Shown here piece by piece: positions 16,526 to 26,513 of a DNA stretch of 64,000 nt. This DNA is from a virus. Position 1 is the first letter of the stretch. Every line of letters begins with the position of its first letter. The stretch is from IMG/VR virus record IMGVR_UViG_3300009103_000012, positions 1 through 64,000 of that record, one strand, 5' to 3'. Below the pieces are notes generated by a model. It was not told the DNA's origin. It made no database searches and was given only the letters and a program-made list of their open reading frames with translations. Position numbers and translations under genes: made by a program.

Positions 16526-18112
16526 CTACAACTCATCATCCCTAACCATCGCGCATCCTATAGAAAGTAAATTGACAGACACGCTCGCTGCGTTCTGCAA
16601 GGCAAGTCTTGTGACCTTTGCTGGGTCAACAATTCCTGCTTTCATTAGATTGCATACATCACCTGAATTTCCATTATACCCAAAATTCTTAGGTTTTTCA
16701 ATTATTTTCTCCAGAATAACTTCTGGAACAGAACCACAGTTAGAAGCAATTTGCTTTAATGGCTCACGTGCTGCATTATATAGAATTTTATGTCCAATCG
16801 TTAGCTCGCCGGTATCTTTCCGTAGCTTAGATTCCGCCAATTTGGCTAAAAGTGATCCGCCACCAGGAACGATACCTTCTTCCATCGCCGCCTTTGTAGC
16901 ATATAACGCGTCTTCGACGCGATCCTTCCGTTCGCTTATTTCAGCTTCTGTAGAGCCACCAACCCTCAGAATGCCAATACCACTATTCATCCGCTTTACA
17001 CGTCTTGCAAGGACGTTTAGCATTTCTTGGTCATCTGCATATTCGTATGAAGCAGATTTTATTTCCCCGATCCTGTTGTTTATACTCTCACACTGACCTT
17101 CGGCTCCAATAAAAATAGTTCTGAAGCGGTACGACGTCATCTTCTTACAAGATCCCATATCTTTTAACTTCTTGTCTCTCCACCCAGATGGCTCCCCTGT
17201 CAGGACTTCTGTCCCGAGCAAAATCGCTAAATCATGTAAAGCTTCAAGTCGAGATGTCCCAAATTCTGGGGCGGCTAAAACACATGCTCTTATAAGGTTC
17301 TTAGAATGATTCAAAATAAGCCCTTGTAATGCATCACCAGTCGTTTCAGGTCCAATAATAACGAAGGGTCGGTTATCTCGAGCTGCTTCTTCCATGAAGT
17401 GCATAATATCATGAACAGAGCTTACCCTTTGGTCTGTAACCAGAATAGCCGGCCTCATTAATTCACACGACATCCGAGCAGGCTTATTGACAAAATAAGG
17501 GGAAACATACCCACGATCTAATTCACAGCCATCAACAATATCAAGCGAGGAATCAAAACCCTTTGCTTCATCTACTGTCACTGTCCCATGGTTACCCACA
17601 GCTTTAAGAGCTTTCACAATCAGCTCAGCGAGCTCAGGCTCATTATTAACAGAAATATTTGCTACTCTCCGCAAGTCTTCATCTGACTTTACTGGAATAG
17701 CTTTTTTACTAACTTCTTGACAAAGCTGTTCTGATGCCTCTCGGATCCCCGCCCTGATGTCTCTCAATTCATGCCCGCCAGCCAAAGCCTTAAGTCCCTC
17801 TTGAAAAATCGCACATGCCAACACAGTTGCTGTGGTGGTCCCATCGCCGGCCTCTTCGGCAGTTCGTTGTGCAGCTTCCCTCACAAGTTGAACGCCTAGA
17901 TTTGCAAATCTATCTCTAAGATTTATTGCACGAGCAACAGTCACTCCATCTTTCGTAAGGACTGGTGGCGCATCGTGCTGTTCGATCAAAACATTCTTTC
18001 CACTAGGTCCCATCGTTACACGGACGGCGTCGGCCAACTTCTCAACGCCAACCCGGATTAGCTCTCGAGATTCTTCAGAAAAAGTTATAATTCTGTTATC
18101 TTGCTCTATCAT
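16526..18112 (-). CDS. groEL: GroEL-like chaperonin
   Basis: TMGPSGKNV, TKDGVTVA, AGDGTTTATVLA, GIVPGGG, GIVDPAKV. Confidence 0.95.
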   Translation of the reverse strand: MIEQDNRIITFSEESRELIRVGVEKLADAVRVTMGPSGKNVLIEQHDAPPVLTKDGVTVARAINLRDRFANLGVQLVREAAQRTAEEAGDGTTTATVLACAIFQEGLKALAGGHELRDIRAGIREASEQLCQEVSKKAIPVKSDEDLRRVANISVNNEPELAELIVKALKAVGNHGTVTVDEAKGFDSSLDIVDGCELDRGYVSPYFVNKPARMSCELMRPAILVTDQRVSSVHDIMHFMEEAARDNRPFVIIGPETTGDALQGLILNHSKNLIRACVLAAPEFGTSRLEALHDLAILLGTEVLTGEPSGWRDKKLKDMGSCKKMTSYRFRTIFIGAEGQCESINNRIGEIKSASYEYADDQEMLNVLARRVKRMNSGIGILRVGGSTEAEISERKDRVEDALYATKAAMEEGIVPGGGSLLAKLAESKLRKDTGELTIGHKILYNAAREPLKQIASNCGSVPEVILEKIIEKPKNFGYNGNSGDVCNLMKAGIVDPAKVTRLALQNAASVSVNLLSIGCAMVRDDEL

Positions 18113-18300
18113 CCCTTCAAGAGCCTCTTATTCGTAGAGCTTTCTCTTAGGGGGGGCTGCTGCAGCAGTCTTCTCGCACCAGTAATTACATTCACAGCAA
18201 CCAACAAGTCTCCTTCAGTCATTGCAATCTCATTACTCTCTATAACTCCACTCGCTCGCATACGAGCCAGTTGTTCTTCAGGTAAAGTATTTCCTGCCAT
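18109..18300 (-). CDS. Small hypothetical protein
   Basis: ORF track; GGAG RBS; ATGA-coupled to groEL. Confidence 0.6.
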   Translation of the reverse strand: MAGNTLPEEQLARMRASGVIESNEIAMTEGDLLVAVNVITGARRLLQQPPLRESSTNKRLLKG

Positions 18301-19108
18301 CTTTTAACTCCATAAACGGCGTAGAGTATTTTCCCCACGCTTTATCGCTAATCATACTTTTGAATTTTAACGTCGTAAAGGCTTCTCGTAAAGTCTCAAG
18401 CGGCTCACTCGGAAATGAATATTCTATTAACAGTCTTTCCCGATTTGTCATCGGTTGTAGCGCTATCATCTCCAAATTCTGAAGATAGGTATTGCGATGT
18501 TCTGGGAACTTGTCAAAATACTCTGTTAATCGACCTGGCTCAAGGAGCTGCGTAGCGCGCTTATTCCCGATCCCCTTAATTCCCGCTATGTTATCTGAAC
18601 TATCTCCTCGTAAGGCTTTCCATCTAGCATAGGGATAAGCAGGTACCTCTCTAAAGTCTTTCTTGATCGGATTATATAGAGATGTATTCGTAGCGTCTTG
18701 ACACAACTGAATGAAGTCTGTGTCACTGGAAACAATAATCTTTTCATGGTCATCAGGAATCAGACATAGCGCAAGATCTGCTATCACATCATCTGCTTCT
18801 GCTTCAGGATGTCGTGCTGTAACAAACGGCACTGACTCTCTTATGATATTTTCTGCGCGCTTTTTCTGAGCACGAAACCCATCTTTATCATGGTACTTTC
18901 GTGTACCCTTATAGTCAGGTTGCATTTCCATTCTTTTCTTTGGATATCCGTCAAGAACAAAATACACATAATCTGGAGAGAACTTTTCTACAATAGGCTT
19001 AAGACTACGAAAGAACGTGTGAATAATCACATTATCATAGCTTCTTCTGGCGCACGCATGACGAGCCCTAAACAACAAATTATTCGCATCCAATAACAAG
19101 TGTTTCAT
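18278..19108 (-). CDS. 5'-3' exonuclease / flap endonuclease (T4 RNase H/T5 FEN-like)
   Basis: LLDANNL, EADDVIA, SSDTDF, GDSSDNIAGIKGIG. Confidence 0.9.
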   Translation of the reverse strand: MKHLLLDANNLLFRARHACARRSYDNVIIHTFFRSLKPIVEKFSPDYVYFVLDGYPKKRMEMQPDYKGTRKYHDKDGFRAQKKRAENIIRESVPFVTARHPEAEADDVIADLALCLIPDDHEKIIVSSDTDFIQLCQDATNTSLYNPIKKDFREVPAYPYARWKALRGDSSDNIAGIKGIGNKRATQLLEPGRLTEYFDKFPEHRNTYLQNLEMIALQPMTNRERLLIEYSFPSEPLETLREAFTTLKFKSMISDKAWGKYSTPFMELKDGRKYFT

Positions 19109-19109
19109 T

Positions 19110-19547
19110 TCACATCCTTAACTTCGCGGTACGACCATCAGGAAGAGCGACCTCTATAGGATCACCTGTCGTAGACCCCAAGTCCAGCTCTTCTACTGCA
19201 GCAGATGGGGTAGGTGCAAGTTCTGGGGGCTTAAGATACGTAGCTGCCTCGACAGCAGTTGCTACAAGCTTATCGATCGCTTTCTCCGTCCTCTCCAGCA
19301 TAAAAACCTTTACGTCATCTGGGTCTTCAAAAAGCTCAACTTTCTGGGGATCAACCTCTATAGACTTAAAGGACTTACCCTGTTTTACCTTTAGAACATA
19401 CGTAACTCGTACATCAACATCTAAAGAAGAACGAGTGATCTTTTCTACGACAAGAGCGGGTATTACTTGCTCAGTCTTGCTTGAAATAAAGTAAACAACG
19501 TTTCCGACCCTAAACTCGGATCCGAACGCTCCTTTAGCAGATGTCAT
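19110..19547 (-). CDS. Hypothetical protein
   Basis: Start moved to MTSAKG (GGAGG RBS). Confidence 0.65.
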   Translation of the reverse strand: MTSAKGAFGSEFRVGNVVYFISSKTEQVIPALVVEKITRSSLDVDVRVTYVLKVKQGKSFKSIEVDPQKVELFEDPDDVKVFMLERTEKAIDKLVATAVEAATYLKPPELAPTPSAAVEELDLGSTTGDPIEVALPDGRTAKLRM

Positions 19548-20202
19548 TGAGATCCTCCAGCTGAATTTTATATTGTGATGGTTTATTATACCACATTTCC
19601 AGCTTTTGTGCAGCGGTTTGTTTTTCTTTTTTCGTTTTTGCGGTAACCATGCGCTCTTCATATTTCTTCATGTACATCTTCCTCTTATCCTCAAACGACC
19701 CGATAAGTGGGGTACACTTCTTAAATGCAGTATGCTTATTTAGACGAGCTTTACCTCTTGCACCGGGAGATGGTTCTTTGAAATCTTCTGGTGTCAGTGC
19801 TGTAAACAAAAGAAGCCCAACATTCTGATGTGTTCTATCAAAAAGCAAATAGAGAAAATCACACTCTCCCTTTTTGATAAGTGTCGCCTTATCTGTCTGC
19901 AGATGCCAAGACCCTGTCTTTCCCTGACATACAACTTTACACTCTAGCTCACGGTCGTCTAGACACTCGATAATAATGTCAGCTGCACCGGTACGACCAT
20001 CATTAGAGCATGTTCCAAATGACTGGTTAATAGCATTTGCAAAGAAGTGCTCTTGTGCTGCTGATATTAGAATATTCTGTCTACCGACATCATTCGTAAT
20101 GTCAATTCCGTGAGCTGAGTAAAGCTCCTTGATCTGACAGAAAAGCTTATTGATATTCTGGATCGCGGTGAGCGACGAATCTCGTGTAAGATAAGGTTGC
20201 AT
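19534..20202 (-). CDS. Putative PD-(D/E)xK endonuclease
   Basis: QE helix followed by GAADII...ELECK. Confidence 0.55.
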   Translation of the reverse strand: MQPYLTRDSSLTAIQNINKLFCQIKELYSAHGIDITNDVGRQNILISAAQEHFFANAINQSFGTCSNDGRTGAADIIIECLDDRELECKVVCQGKTGSWHLQTDKATLIKKGECDFLYLLFDRTHQNVGLLLFTALTPEDFKEPSPGARGKARLNKHTAFKKCTPLIGSFEDKRKMYMKKYEERMVTAKTKKEKQTAAQKLEMWYNKPSQYKIQLEDLNDIC

Positions 20203-20247
20203 GTAAAGTCCTCAAGACAAAGTGCGGGATGTATTTCCTACATTTTT

Positions 20248-20276
20248 ATTATACACTATTATGTCTTGTTTTACAC
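20248..20276 (-). promoter_or_regulatory. Sigma70-like promoter GTGTAA-N17-TATAAT
   Basis: Intergenic; perfect -10. Confidence 0.55.
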
Positions 20277-20278
20277 GA

Positions 20279-20656
20279 TTATGAGGCGCTTTCTATGTTG
20301 TTCCTAACCTTTTCAGTAATCGCCCTACCCTTCTCAACAGCGCTGGAAAGCTCTTCAAGTCCAAGAGCTTGACGTACAATACTGTACGTAGCCTGGGATA
20401 AGTTATCACGTAAAATATTCATATCGGCGTATTGATGTAGATCAAGGTCTACGATGGGCATTGGTTCACCATCAGGACCCGGCTCGAATTCACCTGTCTC
20501 ACTTGCTTCAAAGATGAATAATATCTTTGGCATCTCTTCATTCATAGGCACATCAATAAACGGTATTTTTGACGTTAGGCCCTCATCAGCTTCCTCATAA
20601 CAAATCTCTGGCAACCAATGAGTTGCTCTATCGTCTGTAGACACTATAACCTCCAT
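20279..20656 (-). CDS. Hypothetical acidic protein
   Basis: ORF track. Confidence 0.65.
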   Translation of the reverse strand: MEVIVSTDDRATHWLPEICYEEADEGLTSKIPFIDVPMNEEMPKILFIFEASETGEFEPGPDGEPMPIVDLDLHQYADMNILRDNLSQATYSIVRQALGLEELSSAVEKGRAITEKVRNNIESAS

Positions 20657-20699
20657 ATCTCAAGCATTATATTAAAAAATGAGTAGAATTAAAAAATAA

Positions 20700-21986
20700 C
20701 TACATCGAGAGGAGGTCATTCTCCAGCTGAAAAATAATGTCAGCGAATTCTTTCCCCAGGGGGCTAGCCTTCTGTATCTTTTCTAGATCAGGGCGAGGCA
20801 TCTCCGCAACGAACCCAATCATCTCGCCAATGCTTTGTTTCTTGGCCTCATCAACAGCATCTGCAAATGCGACCGCCAATGTCGCTTGCTCTATAATCGG
20901 ATGCCACTCTTCTGGTTTAGCATCTTTAGAAACAGCTTTCCCATCAGGGGTACCCCTGAGCTGCTCAATCATCTTATCAGCTTCATCCCCGCCGGCCTCA
21001 AGAGTCGCCTTCTGTTCTTCAATGTTTTTCTCTAATTCTGCGGCTGCAGGAGCTAAATCAATTCCAGCCGAAGCGAGCTTAGGGATCAACTGTGCAAGTT
21101 CTTCAAGCGACTTTGCCTGAGAAACTGCGTTCAATCCCTCGATCATATCCATATATTGCTTCTTTACTTCTTCTGCCTCTGCCTTCTTATCAGTAATGAC
21201 TTCCCTCATATATCCTTCAATTTTTTCACCAGCACCAGACATAGCCAGAAAGTCATCAACTAAATACTGAATATCTTCCTCACCACCAGATTTCTCTTCT
21301 TTCTTTTCGTCATCACCCTCAGTCAGAATTCGCTCAAGCTCATCAATCTCGTCTAGTCCCTCAATACGTACTGTCCCACCAGACTGTCCACCAATCTGGC
21401 CCATATCAGCAGTTGTCATCTTCATATCAGGGCCAAAAAACAAATTCTTGAGATCTCCGAGAAGACCGCCGATTGGACCCTTTGGAGGGGGCGCAGGAGG
21501 AGTATAATCACTTCCAAGCCCTAGCATCTTCGATATATTACCGAATTTATCTGCTGCATAATCTGTGATTGGCTCTGCCACATCGACTGCTTCTCTAGCC
21601 ATACCGGCTCCCAAATACACACCAGGATTTGCCATGAACATAAATAACTGAGCGTCTGGAGATGAAAGGGCTTCGTCTGTTGTCTTCATCGCCGCAGCCA
21701 TTTCAGAATTGTATTTATCACGCTTCTTTCGAAATTTATCCATCAATACTTTTTGCTTCGCAGGATCAAAAGTAAATGCTGATTCGATATTCGCTAATAC
21801 CATATCAGCAGTGTCTTTAAGGGCAACGGTCGCGACCTTATATACATCCACAAAAGGGCCAATGAAAGTCTTGTAAAACTGCTCGCCTGAAGGCGGGACG
21901 ATGTCTCCCCATGTAGCGTCGAATGTTTGCTCATTCAAGATTCGCTGGATTTCATTTCTGATAAATATCTCGTCAAGCTCTCTCAC
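20700..21986 (-). CDS. Acidic putative virion protein with leader
   Basis: IRNEIQRILNE leader, internal LERILTE. Confidence 0.65.
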   Translation of the reverse strand: MRELDEIFIRNEIQRILNEQTFDATWGDIVPPSGEQFYKTFIGPFVDVYKVATVALKDTADMVLANIESAFTFDPAKQKVLMDKFRKKRDKYNSEMAAAMKTTDEALSSPDAQLFMFMANPGVYLGAGMAREAVDVAEPITDYAADKFGNISKMLGLGSDYTPPAPPPKGPIGGLLGDLKNLFFGPDMKMTTADMGQIGGQSGGTVRIEGLDEIDELERILTEGDDEKKEEKSGGEEDIQYLVDDFLAMSGAGEKIEGYMREVITDKKAEAEEVKKQYMDMIEGLNAVSQAKSLEELAQLIPKLASAGIDLAPAAAELEKNIEEQKATLEAGGDEADKMIEQLRGTPDGKAVSKDAKPEEWHPIIEQATLAVAFADAVDEAKKQSIGEMIGFVAEMPRPDLEKIQKASPLGKEFADIIFQLENDLLSM

Positions 21987-22218
21987 GATCCATATCCTTT
22001 TTCAATCTTGTGCCTGTTCTACTATAATAATTATCAATCAGGCGATGTTCGAATTCATTTAGTCTTTGTTTTTTCGTTTTAGGATCTCTTACTGAGAAAT
22101 TTGAGCGAGCATGAGAGGGTAGTGTAACAAGCAAAAGCTTCTTTAATTCCATCCAGCTCTCGACTCCGCAATCACTGCCTAACGATATTGCTTCAGATAT
22201 TATCTCTGTTTCTGTCAT
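21973..22218 (-). CDS. Hypothetical protein
   Basis: ORF track; coupled. Confidence 0.6.
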   Translation of the reverse strand: MTETEIISEAISLGSDCGVESWMELKKLLLVTLPSHARSNFSVRDPKTKKQRLNEFEHRLIDNYYSRTGTRLKKDMDRERA

Positions 22219-23039
22219 CTTCTTAATCCAAAAACTGGCATTGGTCCTTCACCGGACTTTTCTTGCTTCTTTTTAGCAGAGAATGATTTACTTCGCACCT
22301 GATAAGTAGTATCCTCAAAGTTGAAATAAAATCCTGGATTCGACTCTAGTGGAATGTCAAAATTACTCTCGAGCAATCCATCAACGAATTCATTCGCCGT
22401 CTCAATAGAGAATGAATGAAGGCCAGATACGTCGGAAAGCTTTTTGCCTTCTGCAAGATACAGCATCCCCTCCATCTGTTCACGAAAGTTTGTAAAAACT
22501 CCGGTACCAGAAATATTAGATAATTGAATAATAGGGTCAATGACAAACCTGAAGGGACCAGACTCATTACACGGAGTGAATGCCTTGAACATTCTTTCTA
22601 GAAGTGGAGTAGTAGTGAGTTCGCCCTTTGGGCTTATCCTCACTGCTCGACGAAAAATAATTGCAGGACGATTTGACGATGCGGCAATCTTTATTTCTGG
22701 GTGTAGGACCTCAAGCAAAACCCAGCTTGATGATCCTGCTACGAAAGGCCATTCATGAATACACTCACGCTCTATATTTTCCAATGCATTGAAAACGACG
22801 TCCCGTCTTATTGGGTCCTTCATACGAGAAGCGATATCTTCTGCAGGAATAATATTCGTTCCAAGATCGAATGGATGACGAGCATAAGTGAATTTACCAG
22901 ACTCGTCTAGCCTCGCGAAGATCTTAACACACTCAAAGATGGGACGAACGATAGGAGATTGATGACATAGAAAATCAGCAATCTCTAAAAGCTTCTCCCC
23001 CCCAACGCATGTCAGGTTATCCCGAGCTTCGACCAACAT
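22215..23039 (-). CDS. Hypothetical protein
   Basis: ORF track; coupled. Confidence 0.65.
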   Translation of the reverse strand: MLVEARDNLTCVGGEKLLEIADFLCHQSPIVRPIFECVKIFARLDESGKFTYARHPFDLGTNIIPAEDIASRMKDPIRRDVVFNALENIERECIHEWPFVAGSSSWVLLEVLHPEIKIAASSNRPAIIFRRAVRISPKGELTTTPLLERMFKAFTPCNESGPFRFVIDPIIQLSNISGTGVFTNFREQMEGMLYLAEGKKLSDVSGLHSFSIETANEFVDGLLESNFDIPLESNPGFYFNFEDTTYQVRSKSFSAKKKQEKSGEGPMPVFGLRR

Positions 23040-23972
23040 TTAAGCAGAGTCCGCAAGGTTTAATTTGGATTGTAGCTTAAGTTCCTCATCCTCTTTTGAT
23101 ATCTTCTGAGCCTTGCGCATCTTTTGTCGCAAATATTTTAGCGTACCGTTTAAGCTTGAGCGATCCGCAGACCCTCTATTCAAACTATCTCGCTGTTGGA
23201 CTGTATCTTCAATTCTAGAAGAAAGATCCTGAATACAATCGGAGCTGCCGAAATCTACAATCTGACCATCTATACAACGGTGAGAATCAGAAGATGAATA
23301 ATTTTCTAGCACAAAACTAAGCTCTCTTGATTTATCAGCTAATTCGCCAACAATGATCGGTGCCTCCCCTGGAGGAAGACGATCAAGACCAAGTTCCTCA
23401 GGCTCTCCGGCTGGAGTTTTCGACTTCTCTTCTTTTTCGGGTTGAGTTATCTTTATCCCCATTTGACTTGGACGAGGAGCTTCTTCTCCAGAAGTACCTC
23501 CCGTCAAAATAGCACCAAGAGCTGCAAGGTATGAAAACAGCGCATCAGTTTCTCCTGTACCCAAACTGTCAAAATAGTCTTCAAGCGCACCGGATATCTC
23601 TTCATCTTTCAAACTTTTGCCTGCACGAAGATTATTGATCTGTTTTTCTATCTGTTTATAGGATACCATATCTGGTATGACATCTGGTGCCTGAACTTCA
23701 AAGTCGTCAGAAGAATCACCACCTTCATCATCAGCCGAAGGTTTCGGCTTAGCTTCAATATCCTCTTCTTCCTCTTCTTCCTCTTCTTCCTCTTCTTCAG
23801 CCTCGTCAGTTATTTCTTCTTTCTTTGCTTTTTCTGGAGCACGTAAGCCATCGTCATCAATTTGTTTTGACATTTTGGACTGTTTCGACTCTTCATCGGT
23901 AACTTTAAAGTCTTCCTGCAGAATCTTAGAAGCAATCCCATCGGCTATCTTCATCAAATCAATTCTTCTCAT
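23040..23972 (-). CDS. Acidic putative virion protein with poly-Glu tract
   Basis: IASKILQE leader-like segment; run of Glu. Confidence 0.65.
   Translation of the reverse strand: MRRIDLMKIADGIASKILQEDFKVTDEESKQSKMSKQIDDDGLRAPEKAKKEEITDEAEEEEEEEEEEEEDIEAKPKPSADDEGGDSSDDFEVQAPDVIPDMVSYKQIEKQINNLRAGKSLKDEEISGALEDYFDSLGTGETDALFSYLAALGAILTGGTSGEEAPRPSQMGIKITQPEKEEKSKTPAGEPEELGLDRLPPGEAPIIVGELADKSRELSFVLENYSSSDSHRCIDGQIVDFGSSDCIQDLSSRIEDTVQQRDSLNRGSADRSSLNGTLKYLRQKMRKAQKISKEDEELKLQSKLNLADSA
23762..23797. repeat. Four perfect copies of 9-mer CCTCTTCTT, encoding poly-Glu
   Basis: Read directly. Confidence 0.9.
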
Positions 23973-24153
23973 TTTTACCTCGCGTTACCCAGCGTATAGA
24001 GTTTTGCCAACGCTCAGTATACCTTCTGACTCTTTCACGCTGGGAATGATTTTGTTCGTCTTGCCTTACGGCTTCCCTAGACTGCTTTTCTCTAGCTTGT
24101 TTCTGCTCAATATCTTTCATGAATTTATCAAAATAGGACATGCTCACTCTCAA
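23959..24153 (-). CDS. Small hypothetical protein
   Basis: ORF track. Confidence 0.55.
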   Translation of the reverse strand: MRVSMSYFDKFMKDIEQKQAREKQSREAVRQDEQNHSQRERVRRYTERWQNSIRWVTRGKNEKN

Positions 24154-24679
24154 ATGTTACGGTTAATAAAAATGTATTCGATGCGATCTTAACAATGCCA
24201 AATGACGAAATGGTGCAATCATCTGCCTCAAATCCGTTGTCGCCCGTTAAGACAATATTAACAGGCTTACTCTCTGTGTTCTTTTTCGCATCATGCAAAG
24301 CCTGCATAATTTCCGGGTTGCATTTAGATATCTCCATACTAAGACTTTGTCTATTTGTCTCTCCCACAAATTGTAATGTGTGGAGATTACCTATGATTGT
24401 TGCGCACTCGGGGGGCTCTATAATTATTGAAAGCTTATTTTCTTCCGCGATAGGCTCACCCTTCTCCTGATCAAAGTCTAGACCCATGAGCTCTCTCAAT
24501 CCATCAGACATGATAATATTATCCGGATTATCGAGCACCCGCTCATACTCTTTATTGATGACCCTCATATTATTATCTGTACTCATAGCCAAACTCTCCA
24601 AGCAAACCAACATCATTAAAAATATCGTCACAACGACCTGCATATTCAAGATCAAGTTCAGTAACGGCATTAACATCAT
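24128..24679 (-). CDS. Hypothetical protein (likely start MSTDNN near 24586)
   Basis: ORF track; start uncertain. Confidence 0.6.
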   Translation of the reverse strand: MMLMPLLNLILNMQVVVTIFLMMLVCLESLAMSTDNNMRVINKEYERVLDNPDNIIMSDGLRELMGLDFDQEKGEPIAEENKLSIIIEPPECATIIGNLHTLQFVGETNRQSLSMEISKCNPEIMQALHDAKKNTESKPVNIVLTGDNGFEADDCTISSFGIVKIASNTFLLTVTFESEHVLF

Positions 24680-24971
24680 GTGTCCAGACTTCTACAGTTA
24701 TTTCCATTCCTTCAATTAGAATATTGGCATGATGACCTGACTGCGCTTCATCTTCGATAAGCTCTTTAAGAAACCAATTACGCATCTGAACATCGTCAAA
24801 AGCAAATTTCTTTATGAGGCGCTCAGGACCCTGAAGTGTTCCCCAAGTACTCTCATCTACTTCAATGGGAATTTCTGGTCCTGATTCTACAACAAGTCCA
24901 AAAACTCCAGAAGAGGGATTGGCTGACTCTTTCTCGCTTAGGTAATTTTTCATTATCGATTGAAGCATCAT
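24573..24971 (-). CDS. Pterin-4a-carbinolamine dehydratase (PCD/PhhB)-like protein
   Basis: LIKKFAF...GHHANI...VWTHDV..VTELD...A..CD. Confidence 0.8.
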   Translation of the reverse strand: MMLQSIMKNYLSEKESANPSSGVFGLVVESGPEIPIEVDESTWGTLQGPERLIKKFAFDDVQMRNWFLKELIEDEAQSGHHANILIEGMEITVEVWTHDVNAVTELDLEYAGRCDDIFNDVGLLGEFGYEYR

Positions 24972-24975
24972 GTCC

Positions 24976-26010
24976 CTACTCAGCGTTCATGGCATTGACC
25001 ACACCCTGCATTAACTTGCTATGCGGCAAGCCATCAAAATAAGTCTTCGCCCGGGCATACAGCCCTGGAGTTAGATCTTTTAGTTGTGTTACTGGGTCTA
25101 AGCCGTCTCTCTTAGCATCTCGAACCATCTTATTATAGACATTCGTCAGGAAGCCGTCCCATATAAAGTATCTTAGTGGGGGCCACCCTCTAATGGCTTC
25201 ACCTGCATTCCTTAACTCATCGGCATCTTGATCGTCAATGGCATCTAATTCAACCAGTGCATTTGCAAAAAATTGCAATGCAAAGTCATTTATTTTATCC
25301 ATATCACCAGGAAAATCGTCATATATCAAGCGAAAGTGTTTGAGAGCATCGCCTTCCAGCTTCTTAATACCGCTGGTGCTTAGACCCATTTCATCAGCAA
25401 TCTGCGCTAGCGTTACTTCACCAGCATGAGGATCACCCCGTTCTACAGCTGCTAAATCTTCATCACTTGGTCCGTCCCATTCATCGTCTTCATCATCATC
25501 ATAGTGTTTACCCAGCTTAAACTCATCCCAATTTCCTTCCATCAAAGAAATAAGGAGCTGATTTCTAATAACGCTTCTTGCTTCTTGGACTTCTTCTGGT
25601 TCGTTCATACCAGCTTCATCTTTCACCTGAACGCTGACCACTTCGTGATCATCAACAAACTTCTTAAATTTTTCATAAGTCTTTGTTGTTATTTTTGCGT
25701 CGTCAGGTAATTTCTGGGCGAGTGTATAAAGAGAACGAGCTAAATCTTGGGTGTTCACAGGCCTGTACTCTGGATCATCAACAGGGGGCTCATCTTCGCT
25801 GAGCTGTGTCGCCATTTGTGGCGCTGGACTTATTGGCATGTCCATTGGATCTTCTTCTTCTGGCCCATCATCCACAAATTGAGTACCGGCTCGTTCGCCA
25901 TCAGCCCAACTTGACTCGCTATATTCGGGATAGCCAAAAGCCTGCTCAAAAAGTAACGCTCTTGCTTGAACCCTTAAATTACCAAAATTCTTGTTAGTCA
26001 TTATTGCCAC
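24976..26010 (-). CDS. Acidic protein with internal sigma70 region-4-like HTH
   Basis: VTLAQIADEMGLSTSGIKKLEGDALKHFR; leader-like ARALLFE and LISLME. Confidence 0.65.
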   Translation of the reverse strand: MAIMTNKNFGNLRVQARALLFEQAFGYPEYSESSWADGERAGTQFVDDGPEEEDPMDMPISPAPQMATQLSEDEPPVDDPEYRPVNTQDLARSLYTLAQKLPDDAKITTKTYEKFKKFVDDHEVVSVQVKDEAGMNEPEEVQEARSVIRNQLLISLMEGNWDEFKLGKHYDDDEDDEWDGPSDEDLAAVERGDPHAGEVTLAQIADEMGLSTSGIKKLEGDALKHFRLIYDDFPGDMDKINDFALQFFANALVELDAIDDQDADELRNAGEAIRGWPPLRYFIWDGFLTNVYNKMVRDAKRDGLDPVTQLKDLTPGLYARAKTYFDGLPHSKLMQGVVNAMNAE

Positions 26011-26046
26011 CTCACCTACTAAATATGAAGAAGATTAGTAGTTTTT

Positions 26047-26496
26047 CTATTGAGCTGCGGCTTGATTCATAGCGACACCGGCGCCGATTGTAATACCAAC
26101 ACCAGCAACTATCCCTATAACTAAAGCCCACTCAGGAGAAAGCCTTGGTTTTGTCAGTCTTTCCTCTAAATAAATATTGTAGTCACGATAAGCAGCTAGC
26201 TGCGTATTATAAAAATCAGTACGAATTTGAAAATTAGAATTGCATGTATCAAGCTCTAATTGCTTGGCAGATACAGCAGTTGTGACTGCTAAATCTATGC
26301 TTGCTTGGCAGCGCTCATTTTGCTGCTCAAGATTAGCCAAAAGAGTCGCGGCATCTTCAGTGGTAAGAATGACCCCAGTAAAGGGAGCAGGTTCGCCTTC
26401 GTTAATAGGCACAGGTTCGTCAGCATAAGAAATAGCTGGATACATTACTAAAAATGCACAAATCCACGCAACGATTACTGTATTGAAAAACTTCAT
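26047..26496 (-). CDS. Signal peptide + coiled coil + C-terminal TM protein (spanin-like?)
   Basis: Hydrophobic N-terminus ending SYA-D; C-terminal TM helix. Confidence 0.55.
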   Translation of the reverse strand: MKFFNTVIVAWICAFLVMYPAISYADEPVPINEGEPAPFTGVILTTEDAATLLANLEQQNERCQASIDLAVTTAVSAKQLELDTCNSNFQIRTDFYNTQLAAYRDYNIYLEERLTKPRLSPEWALVIGIVAGVGITIGAGVAMNQAAAQ

Positions 26497-26513
26497 ACAG
26501 AATTGTATGTTGA

